NCBI GenBank assembly: GCA_035084275.1
Contig: CM068756.1
Coordinates: 14,136,001-14,200,000, forward strand
Source: Hydrolagus colliei
Lineage: Eukaryota
Direction: 5' to 3'
DNA length: 64,000 nucleotides
A program made the position numbers and the translations under genes. Under the pieces are notes generated by a model. The model did not search any database. It was not told the DNA's origin and saw nothing but the letters and a program-made list of their open reading frames with translations. Within the stretch, counting starts at the first letter, position 1, and each line of letters starts with the position of its first letter. Positions 39,001-51,029 of this stretch are shown here, piece by piece.

Positions 39001-41771
39001 ACAAGGAGACCATCACTGAAAACAGTTTGATATTCACAGGTGTGAAACAGATCGACATCTGCTCTCGCTTATTTTTATTATTGCTCTTGAATCACACAGG
39101 CGAGGGCGACACTTGGAATAACACAAGAAGCGGAACATCGATTTTCAGAGAATACGTGGATTACAAAATCAAAATACAAAGCATTCATTGTAGAATAAGA
39201 CAACTGTACATAGTGGCATCTGATCACAGCAATGAAACATGCTGACTAGATTTGAGGAACATGGTGGGAATGGAAAGACATTTGATGAATCACGTGTCCT
39301 GAGCTGAAACTGAGGTTTTGAAAATTGGTCAGTTTTACGATGTGTTGATAATATCCACAATCGATAAGTAGATAGTATCGGTTTGGTTTAATGAAATGCT
39401 TGATGATTCACACCAAATGTTCCACATTCCAACAGTATAATGTATTTGATCAACATCTTGCACAACCCCCTCATCACTAATCTCAACACATTTGTCTCTT
39501 ATCAACTCTGGCATCGCTTCCTATCCCCACAGGTCTCCCGGGAGAGCAAGTCACATTCCATCCCTCAAGTCACGGGCAGGAGCTGCTGAACATTGACTGT
39601 TCCTCGGGTCTCTATCCTCAGCCTCTGCCCTTCACTATCTAGATGTTCCCACTTGGCGACAAATCGCTTCAGAGGATTCAATGAAAGGCGTTGTACAAAT
39701 ACAACTTTGTTGTTGATGTTGTTTACGAATCAATGCGGCTAAACATCCCTATGAGAATTGAATTAACAACAGTTGGGTTTTTAAAACTCTTTTAGAATCT
39801 TACCTGCTTTAGGTTTTGAGATGGTGTAGGTGGCAATAGCTGAATTCTTGAGGGTGATGTGAGACACCAGACAGGTATAAACAGATACGCTCTGGACAGA
39901 CTGTGTGTCTTCAATAGAGCTAGAGACCATATAGAGTTCCCACGAGTTCTGCTTTTCTATGGTTACTGTCTCTTCCACCATTATTCCTGATGTTGGTGTA
40001 ATTTCATTCCCACCTTTATACCATATGAGGGTGAAATCCTTTGGGTAAAACGCAGTAGTTTCACACACAATTGTCCGATGCTTAGTTGAATTCCTAGAAA
40101 AAATCCTTAGTGGAGTTGGGGGAACTGTAGAACAGATAATGGAGGAAAATCATATTAATTTTGATCAATCAGCGGGAGAAACTTTATCTTAATTCATTTC
40201 TTTGCAATCTCTCGATTCCTGAGTGCAAATGGAGATTTCTTTAGATTCACAAATATTCCTCTCACAGCAGCAGAAGCTTCCTCCTGCTGTAATTACCCTT
40301 CGGTTTTTATCAATTAATGTTGATTCGTAATCGTTGTCTTGCATATTATTACTATTATTGTGACTAAGATTATTTGGCGGAATTGATCGCTGCAAACTCT
40401 CGATCAGAGGAGACAGAGGATTCCTGACAGGTGTGAGAACACTGTATTATTCTGGCTCAATTGGTAGCATTCTCGCATCTGAGTTAGAAGGATATGGGAT
40501 CAAACTTGACATCGGGACTTGGAATTCACACAGTTGATGTGGAAACATTTGCTGCAATGCCGTTGTTAGGGTGAGAAATTAAATATGGTTTAATTCAACC
40601 GGTTATGTTGAACATTAAAGATCTCATGGCAATATTCAAAAACAATTTCTCTGACAGCCTACCCTTCAAAGTTAAAAACATGACCATCCACCTCATGGCT
40701 GTTGTGGGACATTGCTGTGAATAATTTGGCGGCTGTGTTTTCTCATAAGGTACCTAGTCTCATCGTTTTCCAAAATTTGTGATGCTTTGGGAGGTTTCAG
40801 TGGCATGACAAGGTGCTGGAGCAAATGAAAGGATTGTATTATCTCAGCATTGAGAGATTTTGATCAGGTAAAGAGGGAAACAGTGAGTCTGTAACAAAAG
40901 TCCATAAGTTAGAATCATTACCATGGAATAAAGGAAAGGTTGAATTGTGATGTTACTGAGAGGCGCTTGGGTCCAAAACAAAATAATGGCTGAAGCAGAA
41001 TCCATAAAGCTGTTAAAATGAATTTTACAGCCATTTCCTTTGTCTTCTACACAGATTTTGGATTACGTATTTGAATAATATGGATTGATTTTGCATGTAA
41101 CCTTTGTAACATTAGAAGTTTGTGAAATTATTTGTTAATTGTTGTACGATTAGAGTTGCATTATTTTATGTTTCAGTTGGATAGGGGTTATTTTTAATGT
41201 AATTTTCAAATATTTTCACTCTTCATCCACACTCACCGCACACAATTAAGCTTGATCCAGGTCCTGTTCCAATTACTGATCCCTGACGGATCACTGTACA
41301 GTGATAGACTCCAGAGTCCTGTAAACTCACATTCAGGAGCTGGAAGAAGCCGCTCCCTTTGCCTTTCACACCAAATGTTTTCCTGCTGTCCGCCTGTGTG
41401 TCCAAGTAGCCGTCCTCACCCTCCTTCTCCCACTTCACCTCCTCTCCTGAAACGTCTTGAGAGAAGGGAAAAATACAGCGGAAAGTGACGTTTGTCCCTC
41501 TGATGGCAGCCACACGTTTGGGGATTTGTGTCACTTTCTCTGTAGAATCGCCAGCAACTGTCAGAAAATAAATTCAAAAGATTGATTTCACAGATAATAT
41601 GCCGTGGACAAAAGCAAGCGAGTGAATAGACTAAAAAGTAAGTACATATGATAAATTGCACAAGGAAACAAGCTTGCACATATTTCATAGAAGAACTGAG
41701 TTGTAGAATAATAAAATACCTGTTGAAATAATATGTAAGACGGACAGATACAGAAACACAACACTCCCCAT
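35933..41771 (-). CDS. Gene 3: VJ-C1-TM inhibitory receptor with four cytoplasmic tyrosine motifs, 375 aa (exons 41771-41720, 41557-41237, 40124-39804, 38800-38687, 37894-37851, 36948-36838, 36097-35933)
   Basis: Seven exons of 52+321+321+114+44+111+165 = 1128 nt, all GT-AG, consistent phases 1,1,1,1,0,0, single open frame to TAA. Confidence 0.88.
36838..36948 (-). CDS. Gene 3 first ITIM exon
   Basis: tttgttttacag| TGEGAVGDNVAYVTLDLKSSNKTPRPKQQEERTVYAQ |gtaaac, 111 nt phase 0-0. Confidence 0.85.
37851..37894 (-). CDS. Gene 3 44-nt cytoplasmic linker exon (phase 1-0)
   Basis: ttcacatttag| GSKGNLTQSGNLEER |gtatgt. Supplies exactly the phase change needed, and is identical in gene 4. Confidence 0.72.
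38687..38800 (-). CDS. Gene 3 TM exon
   Basis: GIENPTGYSLWGGCAVSVVAFLVILIIIGKRCQLKKKN; ctccag| and |gtaag. Confidence 0.9.
39804..40124 (-). CDS. Gene 3 C1-set exon
   Basis: ORF 39781-40068. CETTAFYPKDFTLIWYK, YTCLVSHITLK; tctacag| and |gtaag. Confidence 0.92.
40450..40810 (+). mobile_element. Older, decayed Deu-domain SINE in the gene 3 V-C1 intron
   Basis: ggctcaattggtagcattctcgcatctgagttagaagg head and aaagatctcatggcaatatt core. Similar cores at about 18640-18730, 21040-21230 and 24180-24360. Confidence 0.55.
41237..41557 (-). CDS. Gene 3 V-set (VJ-type) exon
   Basis: ORF 41223-41534. NVTFRCIFP, VKWEK, DSGVYHC, GTGPGSSLIV; |gtgagt. Confidence 0.92.
41720..41771 (-). CDS. Gene 3 leader exon
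   Basis: MGSVVFLYLSVLHIIST + G, donor |gtatt. Confidence 0.82.
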
Positions 41772-41814
41772 GTCTGACTCTGGTTCTAATGAGCTGTAAC
41801 ACACAAACGTGGAG

Positions 41815-41895
41815 TATTTGATATAGAGTAGGCACCTGTGACACTGACTTCCTGTTTCTTTGGGTTCCTGAAATGTGGCTGGTGTGGTTGATGTG
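41815..41895 (-). promoter_or_regulatory. Candidate proximal promoter of gene 3 (Ets-type ACAGGAAGT at 41847-41855, TGTGGT Runx-type site); equivalent at 56202-56210 for gene 4
   Basis: Motifs 50-120 nt upstream of the ATG, kept in both copies. Short motifs only, no TSS data. Confidence 0.3.
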
Positions 41896-44800
41896 ATTTG
41901 AAATCCACTTCCACAATAAATTGTAAAAATACTGATTCTTCCTATTAATAGCAGAGAAAGGTTAAACAAATATATAAACATAAAACAATAGCGTTCAGCA
42001 TGACTATCGAGTCAGTGGTGCTTTCTCCAACCTGAAATGTTGTTTTAAACATGAAATCCTGTAGCTTGGGCAAGCTTCCTTACTACACATGCCTAATAAT
42101 AATCGGTCCAAAAAAAATACTATAACAAATATTGGTCATTTTCAATCCACGACTGTTTGTGGCACACTGCTGTGCGCAATTGGCTGCTGCGTTTCGCCCA
42201 CAAAGATTGAGTCAATTCACTTTACAGTATATTCTGTGAAGCGCTTTTAGATGTCGATAAGATGTGAAAAGCGCTTTGTGAAATGTGCAAGGATTATTAT
42301 TGTAACTCCGCCTGCAGTCAATAGTGTCAGAAACAAGCCGAACTGGTGGAATATTTCTGCTGCTAGCTCTCTCTGTCCCTTATTGATAGAAATTAACCTT
42401 TCTCTCTAAAGCGCCCACCCACCCTTTATGATACCACATTACCATCCCATTTTAACATTACTGTTCGTATCCAACATCCTGGCCACTCAACATTGCTCCC
42501 ATCTGTTTCTCCACTAAGCCCTAGAAATCCAGATTGTACCCATCCTGGTCCACCATCGTTACTTGACGACTTCTCTTCCCTCTCCCATCTCTACGATGTA
42601 CTGCAGAGTATCCAAGAACTGTATTCTTGACCCCCTTCTTTTTTCACCCCACACGCCAAATAATTAACCATCCCACCAAAAGCTACAGTTGGTCATTGAA
42701 ATGCACGACTGTTTGTGGGACATTGTTGTGCGCAATTGGCTGCTGTGTTACACCCACAAATGTATAGTCAATTCATTTTACTGTATATTCTGTGAAGCGC
42801 TGTGAGACATCCAGAAGACATGGAAAGTGCAATGATTATTATTGCACTCTCTCTCTTTGTGATACTATCCACAGACCAGCAATTAACTTTCACATTGATG
42901 TGAACGAAAGACAACTCAACTCAACCCCACTGTTGATTCAGGATCTATTTCATTGTCAAGACCTAGATGACCCCAGACTTCCTCTAAATTACTATTGATG
43001 AATCCCATCCTCCTTGTCTTTTGCAAATATTTCCTTTCTCCTGGAATATACTGTAAAGTGAATTGACTGTATATATGTGGGTGAAACGAGGCATCCAATT
43101 GCGCACATCAAGTGTTCCCACAAACAGTCGTGGATTGAAATGACAAATTTATTATTTTTGTGTTTTTGAGGGACCATTATTAGAAGTGTGGAGCAAGGAA
43201 ACTTAATCAAGGTTTCACCCTTTACAGTATATAAGGCAATATTTTGCACCACTCATACAAAGTATCAACTATGTTAGGCAACTCAGAACAACAACTTGTT
43301 CAGTATTAAAAAAAAATCCTAGTGCAGGAAGAGGGAAAACATAAAATGTGAAACATAAAAATAAATGCTACTTGATATTTGATAAGCTTCTTCAGCGCCT
43401 TTTCTTCCCGCAACCAGAATGGAATGTAGAACTTCATTCGAGAAGAACGGCCCGAGAATGCCATGAAGTCACTGCGCAATCACAAGGACCAGGTAGATTC
43501 CCAGTTCATCAAATCAGAGATTTAAAATCAGAGCATATAGACTCAAAATCTACATGCAACTCCAATATTGTCAATGGAAATTAAATTTTTTAGTTGTGAT
43601 CTATCCTTGCCACCCAATTTATTATTTTTATTAAGCTCCTCGTGCACGTCCATTCATGGGAGAACAAAGCTTGTCGTCCTCCTCAAACCAAACCGAAGGG
43701 ATAGAGTAACAATAACATCACTGAGCAGGACCAGGATATTATTGTAAAGGAAAAGTCCAAGCATAGAACTCTAAATGACATAGATTTACAGACCCAATTA
43801 AATTTGCAGGTAACATCAATTGATAGATAAACCAATGGGATGCACTAAGAGGAAACACAAATCTCCACAAATCCTCCACCCAAACAGGGTGTTGTGTTAT
43901 TTGTGGCACTATATAAATATATTCAGAGTCCTGTAGCTCAGTAGTTAGAGCACTTGCCTTACAGGTGAGTGACCTGAGTATCCTTACTCCACACATCTAA
44001 TAATAATCGCTCAAAACAATAATAAATTGACCATTTCAATCCATGACAGTTTGTCGGACACTGTTGTGGGCAATTGGTTGCTGCATTTTGCCCAAATAGA
44101 TACAGTCAGTTCACTTTGCTGTATAATCTATGAAGTGCTTTGAGACGTCTAGAAGATTTAAGAAGCGCCATATCAAATGCAAAGATAATTATTATTATTT
44201 TCATTGTTACATTACTCTGGTCAGACGGCACCTTGAGTAATGTAATCACTGCGACATAACGGGGCTTCCCAATGCAGTGGAAAACAATGAGGATGATGCC
44301 CCCATTAGGGGAATATGCCATGAGAGGTGTTTAAAATTGTAAATTGGATTGAAAAAGTCACCCCAGATTAATAGTTTAGGTTGTAGTAAAACGGCAGAAT
44401 AAGAGGACATAGGTTTTGAGTTGCAAGGGCAATATCAGAATAGATAGCAGAATAGATTTCTTCACAGCAACTAAAATAAGAATAGCTGGAATAGTTTGGG
44501 AGGAAGTTTGGCTGAGGCCACATCAAACACACACAGCTACAACACCACCTCATGCAGTAAGAATGCTGCCGTTCCATAAGAAATGCAATATTGTGCCCAG
44601 TTTTTACAGCCATTTTGCTACAATAGGCACCTTGATGGAAACATTAATAATCCATGCTCTATCTATAATCTGAGAGCATGAGACTCTTGCAGTGGAATTA
44701 TCCTTTGACATTTATAAATGCAGCAGAACGATTGGGGTTTTAACACTTATTTGTTTCATGTTGGGTACATTGTTAGTAGATACCCAAAATGCTCAATGCC

Positions 44801-45019
44801 GACACTTCAACTTTTTCACTGCATTTGACGAACTGCACCACATTTTGTTGCCTCCACCCTCTCTGTTTGTGCTTGAAATCCTCGCCATCCAAATATGCCC
44901 CAGTTCAGTGTCATCAGAAGTGAAACATATTTATGTTTTGGAGGGTTAGACTTTATATTCTAGACGTTTTGCATAAAACATTCATCAAGGTTCTGCTCAC
45001 AAATTGAGCAGAACCTTGA

Positions 45020-46244
45020 TTAGCATTGGGAATGGTTATTGTATCTTCCTGGACCTGTCCGCTGCGTTTGACACAGTCGACCACACCATCCTCCTCCACC
45101 GTCTGTCCTCCGTCATCCACCTCAGTGGGACCGCACTCGCCAGGTTCGAGTCCAATCCTCACAAACCGCCAGCAGTACATCTCCACAAACGTCTTTTCCT
45201 CCCGATCTCACTCAGGTGTCTGTGGGGTACCCCAGGGATCCATCCTTGGCCCCCTCCTCTTCCTCATCTACATGCTCCCTCTTGGGGACGTCATCCACAG
45301 ACATGTACGCGGATGACACCCAACTCTATTTCTCCACCTCACTTTGTGACCTCCCAGTCCCCTGATGTACTGTCCGCCTGCCTGTCAGAATCAGGAGCTG
45401 GATGAGCTCAAATTTCTTGCAGCTGAATGTTGACAAGATGGAAGCTACACTCTTTGGCTCTCGTCAATGTCTCCATTCAGGTGGCTCTCACCTCCTCCAC
45501 TTTCCCGGTCTCCCCCTGACACTCTCCGAACCTGTGCGCAACCTTGGAGTCAGGTTCGATCCCCAACTGTCCTTCCTCCCCCACATCAGTTCCCTCACCA
45601 GCACCGCCTTCTTCCACCTCTGACGGATCGCCCGTCTCCAGCAATACCTCACCCCAAAAGCCACTGAAACTCTGGTCCATGCCTTCGTCACCTCATGGCT
45701 GGACTATTCAAATGCCCTCCTCGCCGGTCTCCCCTCCACCACAATCCATAAAATACAACTCATCCAAAACTCTGCAGCCCACACCAAACTTTGCTCCCCC
45801 ATTACCCCAGTCCTTACCAGACTTCACTGGCTCCCTATCCCCGAGAGGATCGACTTGAAGATCCTCACCCTTGTTTTCAAATCCCTCTACTCCTCTGCAC
45901 CCCCCTACCTCTGTGACCTCCTCTCTCCTCAACCCAGCACCCGCTGCCTTCGCTCTACCAGGTCTAGCCTCCTCCATGTCCCCCCTAATCCTCCGCTCCA
46001 CCCTCAGCAGCCAGGCCTTCAGCCACTATGCCCCAAGGCTCTGGAATTCCCTTCCTCACTACCTTCGCCTCGCCCCCTCTTTTCTCAGCTTCAGATCCCA
46101 GCTGAAGACCTTTCTCTTCGACCGCGCCTTTGGTCCCCTTCCTGCCCCTGCCCCTGGCTCGGTCCCGGGATCCGCTGTTGTGAAGCGCTCTGAGACGCCA
46201 TCTGGCGTGGAGGGTGCCATATAAATCAAAGTTGTTGTTGTTGT
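45020..46244 (+). mobile_element. Degenerate L2 LINE RT/3' fragment
   Basis: [31 protein letters not shown]; (TTG)n tail. Confidence 0.88.
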
Positions 46245-46309
46245 AATGTAGCCCTGGATTGAGCAATAGGCCACTAACTTGCCATTTAATGCTGATCAAT
46301 GGTAAGCAC

Positions 46310-47118
46310 TAGGGTCCGGTGATATATCGATATATCGCTAAAACCCGATATAATTTTCATATCGATACGCCGATATAGGCATTTCAAAAATATGGATATA
46401 TCGAAAAATCAATATATCGAATTAAAAAATCGGAATACGTGCACACTGAACTACAAGACCCAGAATGCTCATCTCTATACACAATGCACAGACCGAGGTG
46501 CAAAGCCACCATATTGTATTCATAGTCCTCAAATACAATATACAGATATGCAAGGGTTGGGGGGGGGGGGGTGGGGGGAGGGGAGAGAGACAGCTGGGGG
46601 GGGGGGAGAGAGACGGCTGGGGGGAGGGAGGGGGAGTGAGACGGCTGGGGTGGGGGAGGGGAGAGAGACGGCTGGTGGGGGCGTGGAGGGAGAGAAAGAC
46701 GGCGGCGGGGGTGGAGGAGGAGAAAGACGGCTGGGGGGGGTGGGGGGGAGAGTGTGGGAGAGAGGGATGGCGGCGGGGGGCGAGAGGAGAGAGGGACGGC
46801 AGCGGTGGGGGTGGTGGGGGGAGAGACGGGGTGGATGTGATAATATACAGATAGATAGAGATTGGGGGGATGTGAGAGAGGAGAGAGACACAGAGACACA
46901 GACAGAAAAACACAGAGATGGAGAGAGTGGGTGTGAGAGACACAGAGAGAGAAAGATATTTACCTCCTGAGGAGATAGGCCTGAATGCGCGCGCACCCCG
47001 ATTGCGCTGCGCACGCATGCGCAGTACGAAAACCCCAAAATTATCGATATTTCAGTATATCTCGATATGAGCCCGTCGATGTATCTAAATCGGAAAATTT
47101 CCATATCAACGGACCCTA
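46310..47118. mobile_element. Non-autonomous hAT-type DNA transposon (MITE), 809 bp
   Basis: TIRs TAGGGTCCGGTGATAT / ATATCAACGGACCCTA, 8-bp TSD GTAAGCAC (46302-46309, 47119-47126), subterminal (A)TATCGAT / CCGATAT repeats. Confidence 0.88.
46555..46960 (+). repeat. G-rich low-complexity tandem repeat inside the hAT MITE
   Basis: Repeating GGGG(G)AGGGAGAGAGACGGCT-like unit. Confidence 0.85.
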
Positions 47119-50100
47119 GTAAGCACATGAGCAACCAAGAAAGTTGAATTGGAGAAAAGAAGAAGCAGGGGTTATTTTCTAGGTGTTTTCCGAATCACTA
47201 AGGATATAAATAAACTGTCAGCAAATAATATGTTTGATGAAGGAAAGGAATAATGCAGTGGAAATTGATGTTTATCCCTCTAATAACAATCATACATTCT
47301 GCTCGTAGTGTTACTTTGACTGAAAAATTACCAGTAACTAACAGAAAAAAGGTGCAGATTGTTCCAGTAAAATAACATCCCCCTCCCATGAATCTGATCA
47401 GTTTTGACTCTGATAACAACGCTGCACAAATGTGTAGCCACTTTACATGTTTCTGTGTCTTTGACTTCCTGTCTTGGAGGTTTTCAGGAAATTGAATTCA
47501 TGTTGTGAGCGTAATTCGTAATTACATGTAATCATTAAAGCTACGTCAACCTTCTGAATCAGAAGTGAGAGGGCGACCAAATGAGCCAGCCTGATACGCA
47601 ATGCATAATTCATGTTGCAGTCATCTGCAGCCTGGAAGTTCTTTGTTTCCTTGAACAGGTTTGTTTCACACAGAATGATCAATACCATTTATTAACTTCA
47701 AGTGAACCCATGATTACATTTGTACAATTGTGGCAATATATTCAGACGATCAGTTGATGCCAATAACTACAGTAGGGAAGCCAGTAGCTTGAAAACCAGA
47801 TTCTTGATCGTAAAATTAGGAGACAAAATATGTCCCAGATTATAATTTTCACTGAGAGCTGTAAACATGGTACAATTTGTCAAATAATGTGGTAAATGTG
47901 GGTAAAACAAGGCAGCGAATTGCGCACAACAATTTCCCACAAATAGTCATTGGTTGAATGTATATCTATAGAATGTTAAGTCTCAATCATTTAGTCCAAT
48001 TATTTTCCTATGTGCCATTCACACACAGAGTGAATAAATATTCCAGATACATTGCAATAATATATTGTTGCTACCATACAGAGGTATAATTTAATTTTTA
48101 ATGACTGTTGGTATGTAGCTTGCAGTATCAGGACTAAATGTTGCTTTACTTTACCACCGCTGAATACTTACTGGTACAAATGTGGAAGTGGAAGTGATGT
48201 GGGTGTCTGTCACACAGTAACTGCTGCCTCGGGGATCAATATGAATCCTGCTCATTGTGTGTTTTCATGCAATGATTATTCCTACTTGAATCACAATGAA
48301 TAGTTTGCTCAGCTGAGGTGGCATCTGAGGTACTCTATCTATCAGCGCCAGAGTATAACCATGTAACCACAATCTAAGTTCCTATTCAGCATCAAAATAA
48401 ATGACTCATATGCTGTTTCATTAATCGATTCCACCTTTTGACCACTGGGTGAATTTCTTTCTCTCGCTGAATAATTCTTGTGCTGCTTTTTAAATTTTTT
48501 TATAGTACTGTACTAATGACTGGGTACATTTGGGGGTTGGTGATTTATGGTCTAAATAAATCAATATTGATTTAATATTGAATTGAAATATTAAACTCTA
48601 ACGAAGAATAAAGCACACCGATTAATGCATAATAATAATAATCATTGCATTTGATGTGGCGCTTCTAATGTCTTCTAGATAACTCAAAATGTTTCACAGA
48701 ACTCAGTGGAAAGTGAATTGAGTATGTATTTTGTGGGCGTAACGCAGCAGCCAATTGTGCACAGGAGAGTCCCACAAACTAAGGAAACTTCCCCAAAGTT
48801 TTACCCTGACCTGCTTGGAATTGAACCCTCTTGCAAGGCGAGTGCTCTAACCAATAAGCTACAGGATTCCACTATATTTAATGATAAACCCTGGAATCAG
48901 CCCTGAAATACTCTTATCCCTAGTTGCCAGCGGTTTGACAGCACAGCCCCATCAGTGGCAGCATCATTGAGGATTTACAGAGATTTACAAAGGGAACATT
49001 GGTCTGTGAAGGGCAATCACCATTTGTATCATTGAATTTGAGTCTTGATTTCAGTCTTGAGACATTGTATGCAACTGACTCAACACATCAATGTGAAAAC
49101 CTTTTAAGCAACTGCCTGGAATGTGTGACAATATAAATAGGAGCACAACGATCCTGCTTAAGTGTTCATGAAATTCAATTGAATTTAAACCAGTGAATAG
49201 ATACAAAAGCATGTTGATTAAACACTTTAAAGAAAAAAACAATCTTTGCTTTGATTTCATCAAATGGAACGTTGCAGTGTGACATAGAAACAGATGCAAT
49301 GAGGCACATAAACTTTACTGATGGCCAATAAAAGGCTTTGTGGTGTGAGAGTGTAACTGTGATACACACACACACATCTATATATGTAGATGGAGATATA
49401 TGCGTATACGTGTGAAATTGCTACACCTAAACAGACATACGCTCCATCAGTTCATGTGTTGCATAAATGGCCTGTGAGTGTGGACAATCGTGTTCTTTAT
49501 TTAATCAGGTACAGCAGAGACAAGGGTAAAAAATAAACGTTGCTTCATTTCAGCTTCATTTTGCACATACTTGCATAACGCCCACACAATAACCTTTACA
49601 TTGTGGCAGATGAATTGCATCACATTTTCTTAGATAACTGTTAAGGTTATTTACATCAGTTTACTTCTAATTTGAGTCTCTGTTATTGTCATCCAATGAG
49701 CCAACATAATACATTATAGTGAAACAAAACATTACCCTCACTGTACACACTGAACTGATGTACATTTACTTCCAGCTGCATGTAATAATAATACTTGCAT
49801 TTGATATCACACTTTTCATGTCTTCTAGATGTCTCAATGCACTTCACAGTATATACTGTAACTGTATATTTGTGGGTGAAACATGGCAGTCAAATGCTCA
49901 CAACAGTGTTACTATTAGACATGTGGAGTAAGAAAACTTGACCAAGGTTTCACCCTGCCTGGAATTGAACCAAGGTCTCTTTCTTGCAAGGCGAATGCTC
50001 TAACCACTGAGCTACAGGACTTTTAAATGTAACAGATTGAGAATTGTTTTTAGAATTGATCACATGCTCTACATACAAATTTTGTAGTCATCAAACCGTA

Positions 50101-50298
50101 TGTTTGTTGTTGAAATTGGCTACTCAGGCAATGGATGGAAGATAGCTGGAATCAACTAAAGGAGGCTGCTTTTTGTCCAAGAATTCAACTGATGACCAAT
50201 CCTTGAAATGTTTGGATTTCCCAGAGAGAGAGAGAGAAACATTACTGAACCTTAAACAATCATTAGAATCAAACACAAAATACTACAGATGCTGGAAA

Positions 50299-50508
50299 TC
50301 TGAAACAAAAACAGAAGTTACTGGGAAAACTCAGCAGGTCGGGCAGCATCCATGGAGAAAGGAAAGTGAGTCAACGTTTTGGGTCCACGACGCTTCATCA
50401 GAACTCAAACGAAGGGTCGTGGACCCAAAACGTTGACTCACTTTCCTTTCTCCATGGATGCTGCCTGACCTGCTGAGTTTTCCCAGCAACTTTTGTTTTT
50501 GTTTCAGA
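50299..50508. repeat. ~210-bp palindromic Penelope-type element with hammerhead-like core (copy 2)
   Basis: Same palindrome. Minus strand has CTGATGA-agcgtcgtggaccc-AAAAC. Confidence 0.75.
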
Positions 50509-51029
50509 ATCACCATCATCTATGGCTGAAGCCCAGTAGTAAGTACTTGGCTAAGCTGTATCTTAAACAAAGCGTAAGAATTCCATTATGGTGTTTAATT
50601 TATTTTATTCAATTCTATCGTAGATATAGATTGACCAAATCAAACCCAACACATTAGGTTCGATAAATGTTGTTTATTTGAGATCTACAAAACAGTGTTA
50701 GAAACTATTGTAAACTGGTCCCAGATTTGTATTGGTATATTTTGTTCCAGTGATATAACAGCTTCATTGATTTTATAAACGATTATAGTTGATAGGACAG
50801 CGACATTATCAGATTAGGATTGAACAATTTTGAAGGTGAAATTGGATCGAGTTCATAAATGATGGTTAATAAGAATGGAATCGGGAAAAGGGTAAATGAT
50901 GTATTTCTGCACTGTCAAAGCAGTGATAAACTAGCAGACCAGACCAGCATTGATACACACACTGTCACTTGTCTACATTGACAGGGATCTGTGACTGACA
51001 TGCAGAGGTAATTGTCTATTATTGTGACA

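Larger units (their letters stand above)
31578..47643. repeat. Copy 1 of ~16 kb tandem segmental duplication (contains gene 3)
   Basis: Colinear homology starts near 31578 / 47644 (cttgaacaggtttg...cacagaatgatcaataccatttattaac). 43860 corresponds to about 64000. Confidence 0.9.

Noticed and set aside
46384-47134. Overlapping Pro/Gly-rich ORFs of 130-200 aa
   Set aside because: Stop-poor G-rich repeat inside the hAT MITE; no transposase motifs.
33000-49375. Near-identical 82-aa and 66-aa ORFs at 33000/49051 and 33124/49175 as conserved small genes
   Set aside because: Similarity is explained by the segmental duplication; no splice or domain support.
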